A model generated the notes under the pieces. The model was not told where the DNA came from. It saw only the letters and a list, made by a program, of their open reading frames with translations, and searched no databases. The translations under genes and the position numbers were made by a program. A DNA stretch of 64,000 bases from Hyaloraphidium curvatum SAG 235-1. Lineage: Eukaryota > Fungi > Monoblepharomycota. Of the stretch, positions 47,868 through 60,190 are shown in pieces; position 1 is the stretch's first letter; every line of letters begins with the position of its first letter. The stretch lies in the NCBI GenBank assembly GCA_025558095.1, contig JAIVFI010000011.1, positions 248,001-312,000 of the forward strand, given 5' to 3'.

Positions 47868-49031
47868 ATGCAGGCGTCGGCAGGGCAGCTTGCTGTCGCC
47901 GCGCTTGTGACGCTTTTATCCTTGTTCGCGCTGTGGCAGCTTCTCGTGTCGTTCCCGCCCCTTGAGACCGGGACCCGCTACAGCATTGCGACCGGGACGC
48001 GGGGCACGCGACCGCGGCGGTATCTGGTCTCGCTCTCGCTGTACGGGCGGTTCTCCAACGGCCGCCTCGCCTTTGGGGCGCTCGACTTCCTGGCCCGGCA
48101 GCTCGGGCGGACATTGGTGCTCCCCAAATGGGACCTCGGGATCGGGGACGCGAGCCCGTCGTCCTTCTACGACGTGGCGCACATGCGGCGCTGCGGCCTC
48201 GACGTCGTCGAGCTCGAGGACGTCGAAGAGGAACTGAATCGGACGGCGGGGCTCGTCATTCACCTGCAGCACCATGCGAGCGATAGGGAGGACTTCCGGA
48301 CCGGTAGCCGTCGGGGTTGGCAATGGCCGAACGGGACGGACTGCGATTTCGGGGTGAACTGCGACCACCGCGGCGGTTGGGCCCAGGCCGTGTCCCTGGT
48401 GCAATCTGGGCGGTGGCAGCACATCGTTGCGGTCCTGTCGCGCGAGCCGTTCGCCAGCCTTCCCGCGGTCTTTGTCGGGGCCACCTTCCTGGACGACCGG
48501 TACTTTCCCCTGGGGTTTCCGTGCCCCTTGATGCCCTTGGCTCCCTACCTGGATCTCGCGAAAGCGGTCGTCAAGGCGGCCTTCGGCGGGTCGGACTGGT
48601 TGGGCGTGCACGCCCGGCGGACGGACTTTGAAGGCCTGCTCGGCCAGCCGAACGCGTCGGACGTGGCCGACTTTGTCCGCGGCGTGATGCGCCGGACCAA
48701 TGCCACGCGGCTGTACCTCGCAACGGACGCCGAGGGAAAGGATCGGGAGGACCTGATCCGCCTGCTGCCCAAGCCCGTGACGCTGGATTCTGCCCTGGCA
48801 AAGGGCGACGTCCGGATCCCGCCGGAAGTCTTCAAGCAGAACGTTCCGGAGGAGTCGGTCTACGACTTTGTGGACAAGCTGGTGCTGTCGTTTGCGCCGC
48901 ACCTGCTGTACGACAACCGATCCACCTATTCGCTGGACACGAGAGGACTGCGTGCCATGTGGGGCATCGACGGCCGCGAAGAAGTGTTTCCCTGGAACAT
49001 CTTCCGAATAAATCCGGGCCTGCTCGGTTGA
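47868..49031 (+). CDS. O-fucosyltransferase-like glycosyltransferase (type II membrane)
   Basis: N-terminal TM; GRFSNG...LARQLGRTLVLP, WLGVHARRTDF, LYLATDA, VDKLVLSFA...STYS. Confidence 0.8.
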   Translation: MQASAGQLAVAALVTLLSLFALWQLLVSFPPLETGTRYSIATGTRGTRPRRYLVSLSLYGRFSNGRLAFGALDFLARQLGRTLVLPKWDLGIGDASPSSFYDVAHMRRCGLDVVELEDVEEELNRTAGLVIHLQHHASDREDFRTGSRRGWQWPNGTDCDFGVNCDHRGGWAQAVSLVQSGRWQHIVAVLSREPFASLPAVFVGATFLDDRYFPLGFPCPLMPLAPYLDLAKAVVKAAFGGSDWLGVHARRTDFEGLLGQPNASDVADFVRGVMRRTNATRLYLATDAEGKDREDLIRLLPKPVTLDSALAKGDVRIPPEVFKQNVPEESVYDFVDKLVLSFAPHLLYDNRSTYSLDTRGLRAMWGIDGREEVFPWNIFRINPGLLG

Positions 49032-49417
49032 TCCGAATGATAATTGAAAATGTACGTCGATCGCTGGCGGGGAAGCTGAGGATGATCGACTTCCTCAACT
49101 GACCTCACCGCGTGTCGGTCCGGTCTCTCCTCTGCTGCCTCCTCATGGAACTCAATTCGTGCCAGCAGGAAGTTCTGCTCGCCATGAAGGGAGATGAACG
49201 ACCGGCTGCGAGTTGGTGCGGGCGACTGGCGCGAGGGAGTGGTCTGGGATACATCCGTGCCGCGAACCTACGTGGACTGCCGCGTGCTCGATTTGCTCAG
49301 CGGGAGGACGCCGCGTGAAGCACCGAAAAGCTTGACGTGTGATTGCTTTATTCAAAGGCTGGAGGGGGCCGCGGTATGGTCGCAGCCGGACTTGGCTCAA
49401 TGGCCACTTCGAGACCT

Positions 49418-52400
49418 TCACATGGCCAGCTTCTTGTAGTCGACCAGCTCCCTCCGTTCCAGGCGGATCCACTTGTTTTTGTCCTCCGCAGGAGGCTTTG
49501 ATCCCGCGGCGTAGAAGCACGTGAGCTCGACGCCGCGCGGATTCGGCTGCCGGTTGCGCTCCTCCGTCGTCTGGGGCCGCTTCATCGTGGCCGACATGAT
49601 TCCGAGCTGGACGTCTGCATAGTCGCGGATCCTGTTCGGCACCGACTGGGCGAACGAGGTTGAAGCGGAGGCGTCGGCCTTGGCGATCGCTGCCTGTTCA
49701 GGCGTCTTGCCCTTTTGCTCTCGATCGACCGTGCCGTACTGCGCCTTGATCTGGAGCACTCTCTTGCCGATCACGCGCGTCAGGGCTGCCGAGTGCGGGT
49801 CGTGTGGCGTTGCGAGGGCCTCCCGAGCGGCGAGCGCCTCGAGCTGCCGCGCGGTCACGACCAACGGGAGCGCCTGCCCGTCGAGCAGCTGCCGCGCGCA
49901 GCGGATCCAGAGGTTGTTTTTCGCCACCGCGAGCGCCTGCTCCTCGGTGATGTCGGGCGAAGAGTACTTGTCGTAGCCCTCGAAGGCCTTGAACGACTTT
50001 TCGCGCGGCGCAGGCTTGCCGCTCTTCGACTTCTTCTTCGGCGGCGCCTTCGGCGGCTTCGACGTGCTTTTCCTGGGCTTCCTGACCTTGGCTGCCGACG
50101 CAGGTTGACCGAGGATCGTCTGCGCGAGCTTGGGTTTCGAAGAAGCGCCGACAGGCCCACCGGATCTTGAGCCCGAAGAGGAAGCTGCAGGTGAAGCGAT
50201 CGGCGTTTTCTGCGGCGCCGCAGCCAGGCGCGAGGAGGAGCGGGTCGCCATCTTCGGCGCGGAGGCCGCGACGCGTGCCGACCGGCTGCGGCGAGGGAGA
50301 TCGCTCCCCTGCGATGCTTCGATCGCCGATTCCTCGAGCACCGCTGCCGGCGCCTCGCTCGTCTGCGGAACACCTGCGTCGAACGGGGCACCGAACTCGT
50401 CGTCTGTCTCGGAGCCGGCGTCGGTGAAGTCGCAGCGGTCGACATCTTCGGCTCCAGCAATTCGGGGCACCTCCAGATCGAACCCAGCACCCTCTTTCTC
50501 GGACGGCGCTCCGAAGTCGTCATCGGTCTCGGATCCGGCATCGGTGAACTCGCAGCCGTCGGTGTCCCCCGTGCCGGTGACATCGGCCGCAGCCCGATCG
50601 AACGCAACGCGGAGGATCGCGGTCTCCGCGAGGCTTTCGGCGTCCGCGAGGCTGCTCGCTTCCCCTGCGGTGCTTGAGGCGTATCCGAATCCGCCTGCGT
50701 CGGCCAGGCTCGTCGAATCGGCCCAGCTCGCACCGTCGTCGAGGCTTTCGACGTCGCCTGCCGCTTCACTCGTCTGCTGCTCTTGTTCGGACCCGTCGGG
50801 TGCTTCGGCATCGTCGGCGGCGCTGGCTGCGTTTTCGGCCTCCCATGCGGCCAAGTCCGCGGCATCCTTCGCGAGGATCTCGGCCAGACGGCGCTGCATC
50901 GTCTTGCACTTGTACTTGGTGTGCAGCGGGTGCTTCGAGTGCTTCCCGGAGAGCTCCTTGGAGATGTCCTCGACGTCCTCCTTCCGCACGCACGAGCCGC
51001 AGCACACCATGGCTTCAGCGTGATGCTAACGTACGAATGGTGCCTGGCGAGCGCGAGGAGTTCATCGTAGGAAAGGGTGAGCAGCTCCTCCGCGCTGATG
51101 TTGCCCTCGACGAAGTGCTTGACGATCTTGTATCCCTCCAGGTCTCCCATCTCCTTCTTTGCGCGACGCTCGCGCAGGCGGTCCTTTTCGCGGCTGCTGA
51201 GCGAATCGAAGTGCGGGATCTCCTGCGCCAGCTTGCGGCTGAGGAAGGTCGCGAACGCCTTGTCGGCGATCGCCTGGCGCTCTGCAGCCGCCTTCACCTC
51301 GTCGTCGGACATCAGGCAGACTTGTGGCGCCTCGGGATCCGCGGCAGCCGGAGAAGCCGCAGCGGCGGCGGTCGCCACCTGCTCCTCGCCGGAAGGACCG
51401 TCGGACGGAACCGGAAGTCCGAGGACGTTCCGGCTGTCGATGGACTTGAGCTTCTTGGCGACCCGAGGATCGAGCTCGGCGGCATCGAGCTGCGACCGGT
51501 ACTCGGACACCTTGCGCTTGAGGGAGGCCGGCTCTGGCGTGGGATGGCATCAGCTTCCGTGTAGCCGGGCTCCAACGACGTCGAATCCCACCCTTGCCCT
51601 TGCTCTTGCTCGCGTTTCCGTCGCCCGATCGCTCCCTTTCCCTGTCCATCGCGGACTTGACGGCGGCGATCTTTTCGCGGAAACTTTCGGCGAGCGGATC
51701 GAGGATCTTTTCCTTGACGTAGACGTACGTCTCCTTGAGGTCGAGCTGCTCGGGCGGGAGGCCTTCGAGGTATTTGTGCGCCACGACCAAGGCCGTCTTC
51801 TTGGCGTCGTGGAGGTCGTTGAGCGCCATGGTCACGGCGTCATTGTGGCGGTTGAATGCTCCGAAATCGCAGCGGGTGACGGCCAAGGCAAACACCTCGT
51901 CCGAGAGCCGGATGACCCAGGACATTGCCAACGAGTCGAGGAAGGGCCCCGGGGGCTTGGTGATGGTCGTCAGCGGCCCGTGATCGCCCGCGAAGCACAA
52001 GATCCGCTTCTTCTTTTCGAGCGCGAGATTCTTGATCTGCTCTTCGTATGCCATGAGCTCCTCGCGGGAGAGCTCGGCGGCCCGCTTCTTGAAGTCGGCT
52101 GACTCGAAGTCCCAGAACAAGTTCGCTAGATCTGTGTTTTCGCGGGCAATATGGAAGGCTGCAGACTTCGAGATCGTCGCTTCCCGCTCCAGATCGACGA
52201 CGTGCAGCTCTTTCGCTTGCTTCACGAGCCGAGGAGCAGCACTTCCGACCGCGAGGACGAGGGGGAGCTCCACTCCTTCGTGCTTCCACTCGCGCAGCTG
52301 CTCGTGCCGCAGGACCCCGAAACACGAGCGGTTCAGGATCGGGTCCGGGCCGTCGGAGTACAGAATCTTGCCCAGCGCGATGTTGGCGATCTCGATCAGG

Positions 52401-52849
52401 GATCTCTCACGGGGGTCGAAGATTTGAACAGCGAGGGCTTTGTACTCGGGGGCCGGCTTGGCGGGATGGAGAACAGTCAGAAGACGCGAACAAACCCGTC
52501 GCAGCGAGCGTACCCTTTTCGATCGCTTCTTCCAGATAATCCTGCTTCGTTTGGTCCCGGCCCTCCATGTCCTGGCTCGTGTCGCCGACGTAGTCCGCGC
52601 CCCGTCCCAGTCGTAACAGCGCTCCTTCAGCAGCCGGTAGTAAACGAGGCATTCGTCGCCTTTGCCGGGCTCGAACACGCCCTCGACGACGATTTCGGGG
52701 GGAGAGGAGGCGAAGTTGACGCGCAGACGGGTTCGCGAGTGGGCGATATCGAACGCCTCGCGGAAGATGCCGGTCCGAAACCCGTTCCTGCGCTCGTAGT
52801 CCTTGATGCGCTGCTGTAGGCGTGAATCATCGTAGGGATTCGACCCCAT
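49418..52849 (-). CDS. Large hypothetical protein of the accessory region (one clear intron near 51.5 kb; frameshift or unresolved intron near 51.02 kb)
   Basis: Three successive frames (52849-51590, 51530-51030, 51010-49418) have coding-like composition; no family recognised. Confidence 0.45.
50381..50566 (-). repeat. Two-copy internal repeat, 120-bp period (DGCEFTDAGSETDDDFGAP / DRCDFTDAGSETDDEFGAP)
   Basis: Near-identical nucleotide segments at 50381-50446 and 50501-50566. Confidence 0.85.
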
Positions 52850-54308
52850 CCTGCCCCTGATTGGGGTCAGAATTCTGCGAGAAAGAGAAGGAGGCGCCGA
52901 TCACGCCGAAGGCGTCGGACAGGGCGATCGGCGAACCTTTCCGGATTGAACCTCATGATCTCTTGAGAAAGACATTTGATTTTGCTTTCCAGATGCTTAC
53001 AGATGTTCTGTTGAACTAAGCTTCGCGTGACGGCCACGGGACTCCGGACAAGTACGATCATCGACGCTCTCCTAATCGATTCAAATGGATGGATGATCGG
53101 TACGACGAAGAAAGGTGCTGGATGAGCGCTACGACGAATCGGATCCCGTGTAGCTGAGGAAGGCTCACCTCAACTTGTCGATGTGTTGGAAAGCCGCCAG
53201 ATCAGAAGACCAAAGGTAGGCAAAGCCGCCAGATTTCGAATCAAGTCAGCATAAGTTGGTCGCATGGTCGTGACGCTGACTTGGCACAAGACTAGGGAGC
53301 TTCGGAACGCTTTAAACAGGGCCTGGGGCAACAGGGATGCCAAAGAGACAAAATGAACACCTCCGACGCGACCTCCGACGCGGAGACGTGGCCCCCGGAT
53401 CTCCTCAGACACTGCCGCGAGAGCCATCTGCTTGGTCGAGTCGAAAGAAGCCGAAGAATAAGGGCCTGAAGTCCGAGCGACGTCACCGCTGCCACTTCCA
53501 CGTGCGGATCGCCGTTGCAGGCCCAGAGGACTCCAACGTGGGGAAAAGAGGGCCACTTTCGAGCAAACACGTTGTTCTAGCTATTATTGACGAAACTCGG
53601 CGGCCTTTGAACCTGATTCAGACTTCACGTGTTCAGTCGGTGGCCTTCTTTCCAATGGCGACACGGTTTCCAGCTCCATGTTCCGTGTCCAGACGGCGAG
53701 GCCGTCGTAAAAGAAAGCCAAGCAAGTTTGTCAAGGTAGGCAAGCCGGCAGTCGCAGGCCCTGTGAAGTTCCGGGCGGGATTCGGCGTGCCCGTGCAGGA
53801 ACCGCAGTCCGCGAGCCAGCTTTCAACGAAGCCGCAGCCAAACACCGTGAAAGACGTAGCGTCCGATGCTCAACGGCCACAGACTGAAGGTGGCCGTCCC
53901 GAACTTTGACGCCGGTGACCTTGGATCCGACTCCACGGTGTGTGCCGGAACCGCCCGCCAGCGCCGACAGTGCCGTGGAACAGTAGCCGAGCGGCATGAC
54001 CATGACCATGTCGTGCTGTCCTGGCCTGCCTCAAGGCCGGGTTCTTCCAGCGTCCGCTCGAAGGAGACATCGTGCGTCGCCCTCGCTGCCTCCGTTAACG
54101 CCTCGTGCGACCTTCGCCCGCCGCGAACAACTCTGCCACCCCTGAAAGACCGAAACGGCTACGGTCAGATTTCATCAGATACAATTCTCTCAGGAGCATC
54201 CTTGAAAGATGGCGGCGACCGGCGGTCGAAAAAGGGGGCGCGGGCGAAGCCCGCGGCCCCCCGCCGCGGAGCGAGCACCGCCGCTCCAAGCTCGAAAAGA
54301 GAGCCTCT

Positions 54309-54400
54309 TGCGTCAGCCGGGAATCGAACCCGGGGCCAACCCAGACAACTCTCCCTTCGGAGGATGGCAAGGGCAGATTTTACCACTAAACCACTGACGC
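54309..54400 (-). tRNA. tRNA-Gly(GCC) with a 21-nt intron
   Basis: GCGTCAG acceptor stem, TGGTTTAGTGGTAAAA D-arm, TT-GCC-A, intron, CCGGGTTCGATTCCCGG T-arm, CTGACGC-A, and a downstream TTTT. Confidence 0.9.
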
Positions 54401-54416
54401 CGCTTAGATATGAACA

Positions 54417-54810
54417 CTACGAAAGGAGAACACTCTCAAGCTTCTTCTGTTTTCGCGAGCCCTGGAAGTCGGGATGGTAGTTGAGATTGGCATCGTCCGC
54501 GGCGGGATCAAACTGGGCGTGCTTCGAGCCCCCAGGCAACCACTCATCCATCAGCTCAGCAGGGGTGCGGTGACCTTTGGTGCGCATCCGGTGGTTGTTC
54601 CAATCGCCCGCGAACTTGTCCAACATGCGCTGGATCCGCGGAAGGAACACAGTGTGCAATGCCTGGGCATTAACGGGATCACTCACGTCCAAGAGGTTGT
54701 CTGCCGTGAGATCTGCAAAGACCGGAGTGATCGCGTCGGTGATCTTCGCGCCCATGTGTCTCGCCACATCCTTTCGACTTTAACGTGGTGGGTCAACTTC
54801 CCCACACCCC
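54417..54810 (-). pseudogene. Integrase-core (IS3EU-like DDE transposase) C-terminal fragment, frameshifted
   Basis: THHVKVERMWRD, then a 2-nt slip (GAC-AC-ATG), then ...LLDVSDP..ALHTVFLPRIQRMLDKF..DWNNHRMRT..RTP, matching the HNxRIERLWRD...WNxH family. Confidence 0.65.
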
Positions 54811-55002
54811 GCGGCTCCCTGCACGCCTGGCGGACCCGCAGGCCTCTGCCAAACCCTCGGAGCCGCCGAATCTCGACCTTTTCTCTCGCTTGCCGGGCGT
54901 AGAGCTCCGTCCGAACATTTGGGAAGTCGCGAACCGCGAACCGCACCCCACCCCCCGCCGATCGTGCGCGCAGCGGCCAAGGCGCCGCAGCTCCTTCGCG
55001 CA

Positions 55003-56710
55003 ATGTTGGACAGGGAGGACGCAGCGATTGCGGGGGCGCAAACTGGGATTGGAAGCGGGAACACGAGCGGGGACGGCGACGGTTCTGCCGGTACCCCGCC
55101 TGCCACTTCTCGCAAGAGGCGCGGGCGCCCGCCCAAGCACGGCGGTGCGTCGGCAACGAACGGCGATGGCACCTCGTCGGGGGGCCCGCCCAGGAAGCGG
55201 CGCGCAGAGGAGCCCGCGGACCCGTTCTGCAAGGTCGGCGCGTTCGGATACCACTACTGCGAGGATTGGCGGGAGATCGACAAGCAGAACGCGCAGGCGG
55301 TCGTGGACGAGCTGCATGAGGCTGCTGGCGAGGCGGGACCCGACGCGGAGAACAGATTGGCAGCCGCAAGGGCTCAGCTCGACATGGCGAAGGGCGGGCC
55401 GGGGACGGCCGAACGGGACCACGAGCTGGAGAAGGAATGGTGGCAGTTCTGCGAGTTCTTTGCTCAGAGAGGCAAGACCTTGCCGAAGCTCGGCGTTGCC
55501 GGTCCTTTGCCGAAGCATGTCATGGTTTTCTTCTCGTGGGTGGTCGAGCCTCTCAAACCGACATTCTCCTGATGCCTTGCCGCTGCAGAGAGTGCTACAG
55601 CGCGGCGGTGAACAACCCCACCGAGACTGTGAAGGATTTGGGTGTCTCCTCTTTCCGCACAGCGCGGTTTGGGTTGTCATTTGTGAGTATCACTTGAACT
55701 TTTGCTTTCTCCGATCTGACTCCATATTCCTTCCCAGGCTTGCCAGAAGGGCGGTCACATGGACGTTATCAACGTCGATGAGAAGCTCCACCGCTTTTTG
55801 GCCGACATGGAGAACCGGCTTACCACCGCCAAGCCGGAAGTCGAAGCAGGCCGAGCAGTTCGACTTTTTCTCCGACTTCGACACGCTTCGCGAGTGGAGC
55901 CTTGCGAAAGGCACGCTCGCGGCACTTCGTGCTTGGGTGCTTGGGTGCTTTTCCTGCTGAGGGTCGCGCTCTTCTTCGGGTGAGTGAGCGGTGTGCTGGT
56001 TGTGCTGCCGGTCGCGCCCTTCATTCTAACCACTGGGCCCGCGACAGGCGGCTGGATCCCACCAGGCTCGATGTCTCCGACGTTGCCGTCCCCATCGGGC
56101 CCCTGAAGGACGGAAGCCGCGGTCCTCTCATCGACGAGGACGGTATGGCGTGTCGCGGTACCTCTGGATTTACCTGTACAAGTCCAAGGGCGCCAAAGGC
56201 CCGGTCATCTTCAAGCTCAAGCGCAACTACCGCGACTTCAAGCTCTGCCCGGTCTACTGGCTAATGCTCTACCTTACCTTCAGCAAGGTCGAGTCGGGGC
56301 CGCTGTTCCCGAAGCTCTCCTCGGGCGGTGCGCCCTTGACCGAGCGGCTCTCTGCCGACGACGTGAGCAAGATCTTCAGCGAGGTACCGTCGTGCCCGTT
56401 TCCCTTCGAGTATGCTAACCACGATGGCCTGCAGATGATCAACGGCGCCTTCCCCGACGACAAGCGCAACTTCACCACCCATTCCCCCCGCCGATCGATG
56501 GCCAAGCTGGCTGTCATCCTCCTGGCACAAGAGCACGAGATCAAGGCGGCCGGACGATGGACGTCGGAGGTCTACAAGCCCTACATCGGCCTGGGGAAGA
56601 TGCAGCTCGAGGACTACGTTCTCGAGTCAGTTGGTGACTCGGACGTCTTCAAGAACATCTGGGCACGGTGGAGGTGGTCGTGCCCGCGCCACCTGGGTAA
56701 CGCAGCGTAG
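55003..56710 (+). pseudogene. Crypton-type tyrosine recombinase with N-terminal AT-hook, multi-exon, about three frameshifts
   Basis: KRRGRPPK; ALFFG/RLDPT (first Arg); KSKG; CPVYWL; GPLFP; THSPRRS; AAGRW.S..Y..YI. Frame changes near 55835, 55937 and 56150. Confidence 0.75.
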
Positions 56711-57153
56711 GTCGCCGCAAGGGCGATGATCGGGGAGCCGGGTGAGCGTTGGAATGGGGTGGAGTTGGAGCGCGAGGTAGAATTACGGAGTGCAACAACC
56801 ATGTATTACAAACAGAGCTGTCTTTTCAAGATTTTCACCGATGAAGGAGTCGATTTCCCCCAACGTGGGGGCGGTGAGGGCGCCTCGCAGCGCCTGATTG
56901 GCGGACGAGTGAGTTGATTGTTTACGTCCGTACAGACACAACCCCGATTGCGGCCGGCCCCCTCGCTTGGCGATGTTCGTCGCGATGCCGAAGCGGAGCT
57001 GGCGCCGCTGGACCGGATGCACGCGCCGCGCGCGCCGCAGCGGCGGAACAAGTTTGTCGAGCACTCGATCGACACATTCGATAGGCATAAAGGTTGCGTG
57101 ATTCTCTCTCTTCCGGTCTCTATTGCACGCGCTGACGGTCGGATTCCTTCCCA

Positions 57154-57494
57154 CTAGTTCATAATGGGCTCGCGCACCTCGTTGGCCCCAGCGTGCCAGT
57201 CGTAGGCCGCGATAGCGAGCAGGAGCGCGTCGGCAAGGTTGGACTTGACCAGCTGTGACGCGGCGCGGTACATGGTGACCTGCTCCGAGGTAAAGACGAT
57301 CTTGCGGAACCTCGACGGGGTGTTGATCGGCGCGTGGTAGGTCCACTCGCCGTCCTCCTCCCACCAAGCCGACATCAAGAGCTCGACCAGGGCCCTCGTG
57401 TTGGCCTTCTTCTCGACGGAAGATCTGCCGCCGATGTTGAATTGGGTGGCGAGGGTGCGTGTGTTCGAGTACCGAGCTTGAGCCCCTTTTGCCT
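57154..57494 (-). pseudogene. Possible Ydc2/Cce1-like RuvC resolvase C-terminal fragment
   Basis: KKANTRALVELLM and VKSNLADALLLAIAAYDW resemble K.DDLAD.LL...AW.EW; the N-terminal half is absent. Confidence 0.35.
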
Positions 57495-58647
57495 TCAGGA
57501 CGACGGGACGAGTTTCTTGATGTGCGGGAGCATGCAGAGCACTGTCGGGGACTGTCAGCTTCGAAAGGGAAATGGCGTCAACGAGGGAAGGCGTGCCTTG
57601 CGGATCGTCGAGGACGACGACGTCGGTCTCCATGAGCTCGCTGCGGAAGTACTTCTCAAAGTTGGTGCGACCCCAGCGCTCGTAAAAATCCTTATCTTGC
57701 TGCGTCAGCCGCTCGTGGCTCACCCCCTGGACCGTGTTGTGGAAGCGACGCTTCATGATGTCGTAGACCTTGGGATCAGGTTTCATCTGGAGACACGATT
57801 GCTCAGAGGCAGCCAATCCAGGGCGCACATCAGCGCGTGCCGCATGAGGGCCACGTCGCCGCCCTGCGCCGTCGAGTTGAACCAGGCGATCCTGATCTTA
57901 GCCGCACGGACCTCCTTGGCCATTCGAATGAGCGACGACCAAGTCTCGGGGGAGGACAGGTGCTCGTAGTCCTGCAGGTCCACTAGGTGGATCCTGAAAG
58001 CGGCGAATAAGATCTTGTTCAGGTTCGTAGTCGCCCCCGCTCACCTGGAGTTCAAGTCGACTTGTACAGAGTGCGTCGGCGTGAGCTGGATGCGCGGGAT
58101 GTGTCCGATGGCCGATGCGGTGACGCTGCGGACGAGGTGATCAGCTGCGGATTCTAAGCAGAGTCAAGCTAGAGCCCACAATGTCAGCATCTTGCGGCAG
58201 GCGCTAGCGGCCCGCTCCTCCACAGTCTCTCCCTGCGTCTGAGCAACGATCGGGAGCACGTCGAGTTCCCTCCACAGCAAGCTCGGCAGCCGCATGGGGT
58301 AGTTGCAACCGCCCGCATGTCGACGACCTGTAGATCGCTCATCCTGCCAGGCTTCGACAGCGCGAGATGGTTGGAGTGCGTTGAGAAAGGATGAGCTCGG
58401 AGAGAGAAACCGCAGGCAAAAGTGTGGCCGGAGGCGAGCGAGTAGTGGTGCAGCCACGACAGGATGTGCGAAGTGGTTTGTGCGAGAAGAGACGAGAACG
58501 ACGGGGCCGGATGAAGCGAGCCGTCCGAGTTGTCGTGTCGTGCCCGACGCCGGTGAGGGGAACTAGCTCGACAAGGTAATCGATCGCAAAGTTGTATACA
58601 TGTTTACGCCGAATTGCGAGTTCTTCCAGCTCCATCACATCCACCAT
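57495..58647 (-). pseudogene. Fungal trehalose phosphorylase/synthase (GT4, ccg-9-like) 5' fragment, truncated
   Basis: LWRELDVLP..VEERAASACRK, FNSTAQGGDVALMRHAL, MKPDPKVYDIMKRRFHNTVQG and DVVVLDDPQ, then a stop shortly after. The GT-B C-terminal half is missing. Confidence 0.8.
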
Positions 58648-59229
58648 GGCAGGGCCGCACCCGGACTCCGCACCTCCGGGACATCCTCAGCCGGCTCAGC
58701 CTGCCGCCGGGGCGAGTGGGGCCTCGCAGAGCGAAGCAGCGCCGTACGCCGGCCCCACCGTGTGTCCCCACGCCTCCCTCGCCCCGCCTTGCGTGAGTTT
58801 CGAGGACGACAAGGATCCTTTGCGGCTTTTCATATGCTCCACTACCAGTACAACGCTGCCGATTTCGACGACGACGTCGACGACGAGGAGGACGAAGTCG
58901 GCACCGGGAACGGGGCGAACTGAGGATTTCCGGGAGGTTCGCGCTGACGCCAAGCGAACCCCTCCGATTGCTCACGACGTTCCAGCTATATAGATCTTCG
59001 ATTCAATGAGCTCCAGTCAACTCGGTCCTGTGCTGTCCCGCGCGTCGCGTGGACGCAATCGGATTGATACCACTTCTTTTGGGCAGCGAAGGAGTCGATT
59101 CTTCTACAAGCCTCCATTTTTCTACAGGCCCGTGCTCGTCCTCGGACGACGGTAAAGATCGCCCCGTTTCCTGTCCGAGGTGCGGCCCGTTCTGATCTGC
59201 GCGTCCCCTTCGATGCCTGTGCCCCGCTC

Positions 59230-60000
59230 CTACTCGGTCGCCCGCTGATACAGGAACGCGGCATCGACGACGACGGCAGGGCCAGTCGGGTAGTGGCCGT
59301 AGCATGGGCTCCCGAACGCCGCATGGGGGCACCTCGTGTGTCCGGTGTACGTGTCCTTCTCGGCCTCAGGGATGAGCGATCCATCGGCCTTGCGCCACAT
59401 GGATGCGAATAAGGCGCACGTCTTGCGGCTCTCGTTTGCCTCCGGGCGCTCCGCCGTGAGCAGCTCGACGTTGGCACCAGCGTTGCGATCTGGGATCAAG
59501 CGCTTGTCCCTCTCGCCCCGGTGCGATGCTTCCACCCCAACCGGGAAGGGAGCGCCATCGAGCTCGTAGTAGCGCAGGAGTATATGGCTTAGATTGAACT
59601 TCGTGGAGAGCTTCATCTCCTCCTTTTAGTAGTCGCGGTATTCTTTGTAGATCGTCTCTGTGCCAAGCAGATTGCGGACCTGTCCCGGGTAGGGTTTCGA
59701 CTTGAAGCCCGTCGGATCGCCCTTCTTCTTGTACGAGAAGTTCATTTGAGGGGGATTCGACGACAGGTTCGTGACGAAGACTTTGCGGTTTGGCCAGCGA
59801 ACACCGCCTATTCCTCCTCCCGTTGAGACGGTAACCATCCGGTCCTCCCGTAGGAAGCCCTTGTCGATCATGTCGTATACCATCTCCTTGATGGCCGTGG
59901 GTGAGAAGATGTTCGCGGGGCACTGGGCTCGGGAGGCGCCTCCATCGTCTAAGTACTCGTTCCCGGGGTAGCCGACGGCGGAGAGGAGTGCGAGGTTCAT
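59230..60000 (-). pseudogene. His-Me finger (His-Cys box-like) endonuclease with one in-frame stop at 59626-59628
   Basis: ORFs 60000-59626 and 59616-59230 are in the same frame (..DY*KEEMK..). Motif EASHR...AERPEANESRKTC...CPH....PC. Confidence 0.65.
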
Positions 60001-60190
60001 AGCTAGGCTATCCTCCTGTGTGCGTCAGAGATAGAAGGGTGCGCCGACGCGGGGAGACGTCGCGAGGCCAGGAGGCGCTTTCGAGCTGGGACTACGATAA
60101 TCACCGGCCCTTCCTCAGAACTCCACCTGAATTGCGGAACACCGTGCTCCGCCCGTTTGGCCCCCAAAGCGCAAAAAGCCGCACTACACC

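Noticed and set aside
52860-54300. Lower-GC region with short ORFs
   Set aside because: No consistent codon bias or motifs; probably decayed or non-coding.
8021-58647. TPS2 and trehalose phosphorylase as a trehalose gene cluster
   Set aside because: They are 46 kb apart with unrelated genes between them, and the phosphorylase is a truncated fragment.
59617-59628. AAGGAGGAG before the ATG at 59616, resembling a Shine-Dalgarno sequence in a bacterial-style operon
   Set aside because: It has zero spacing to the ATG and simply encodes KEE in the same frame; a premature stop in one gene is the simpler explanation.
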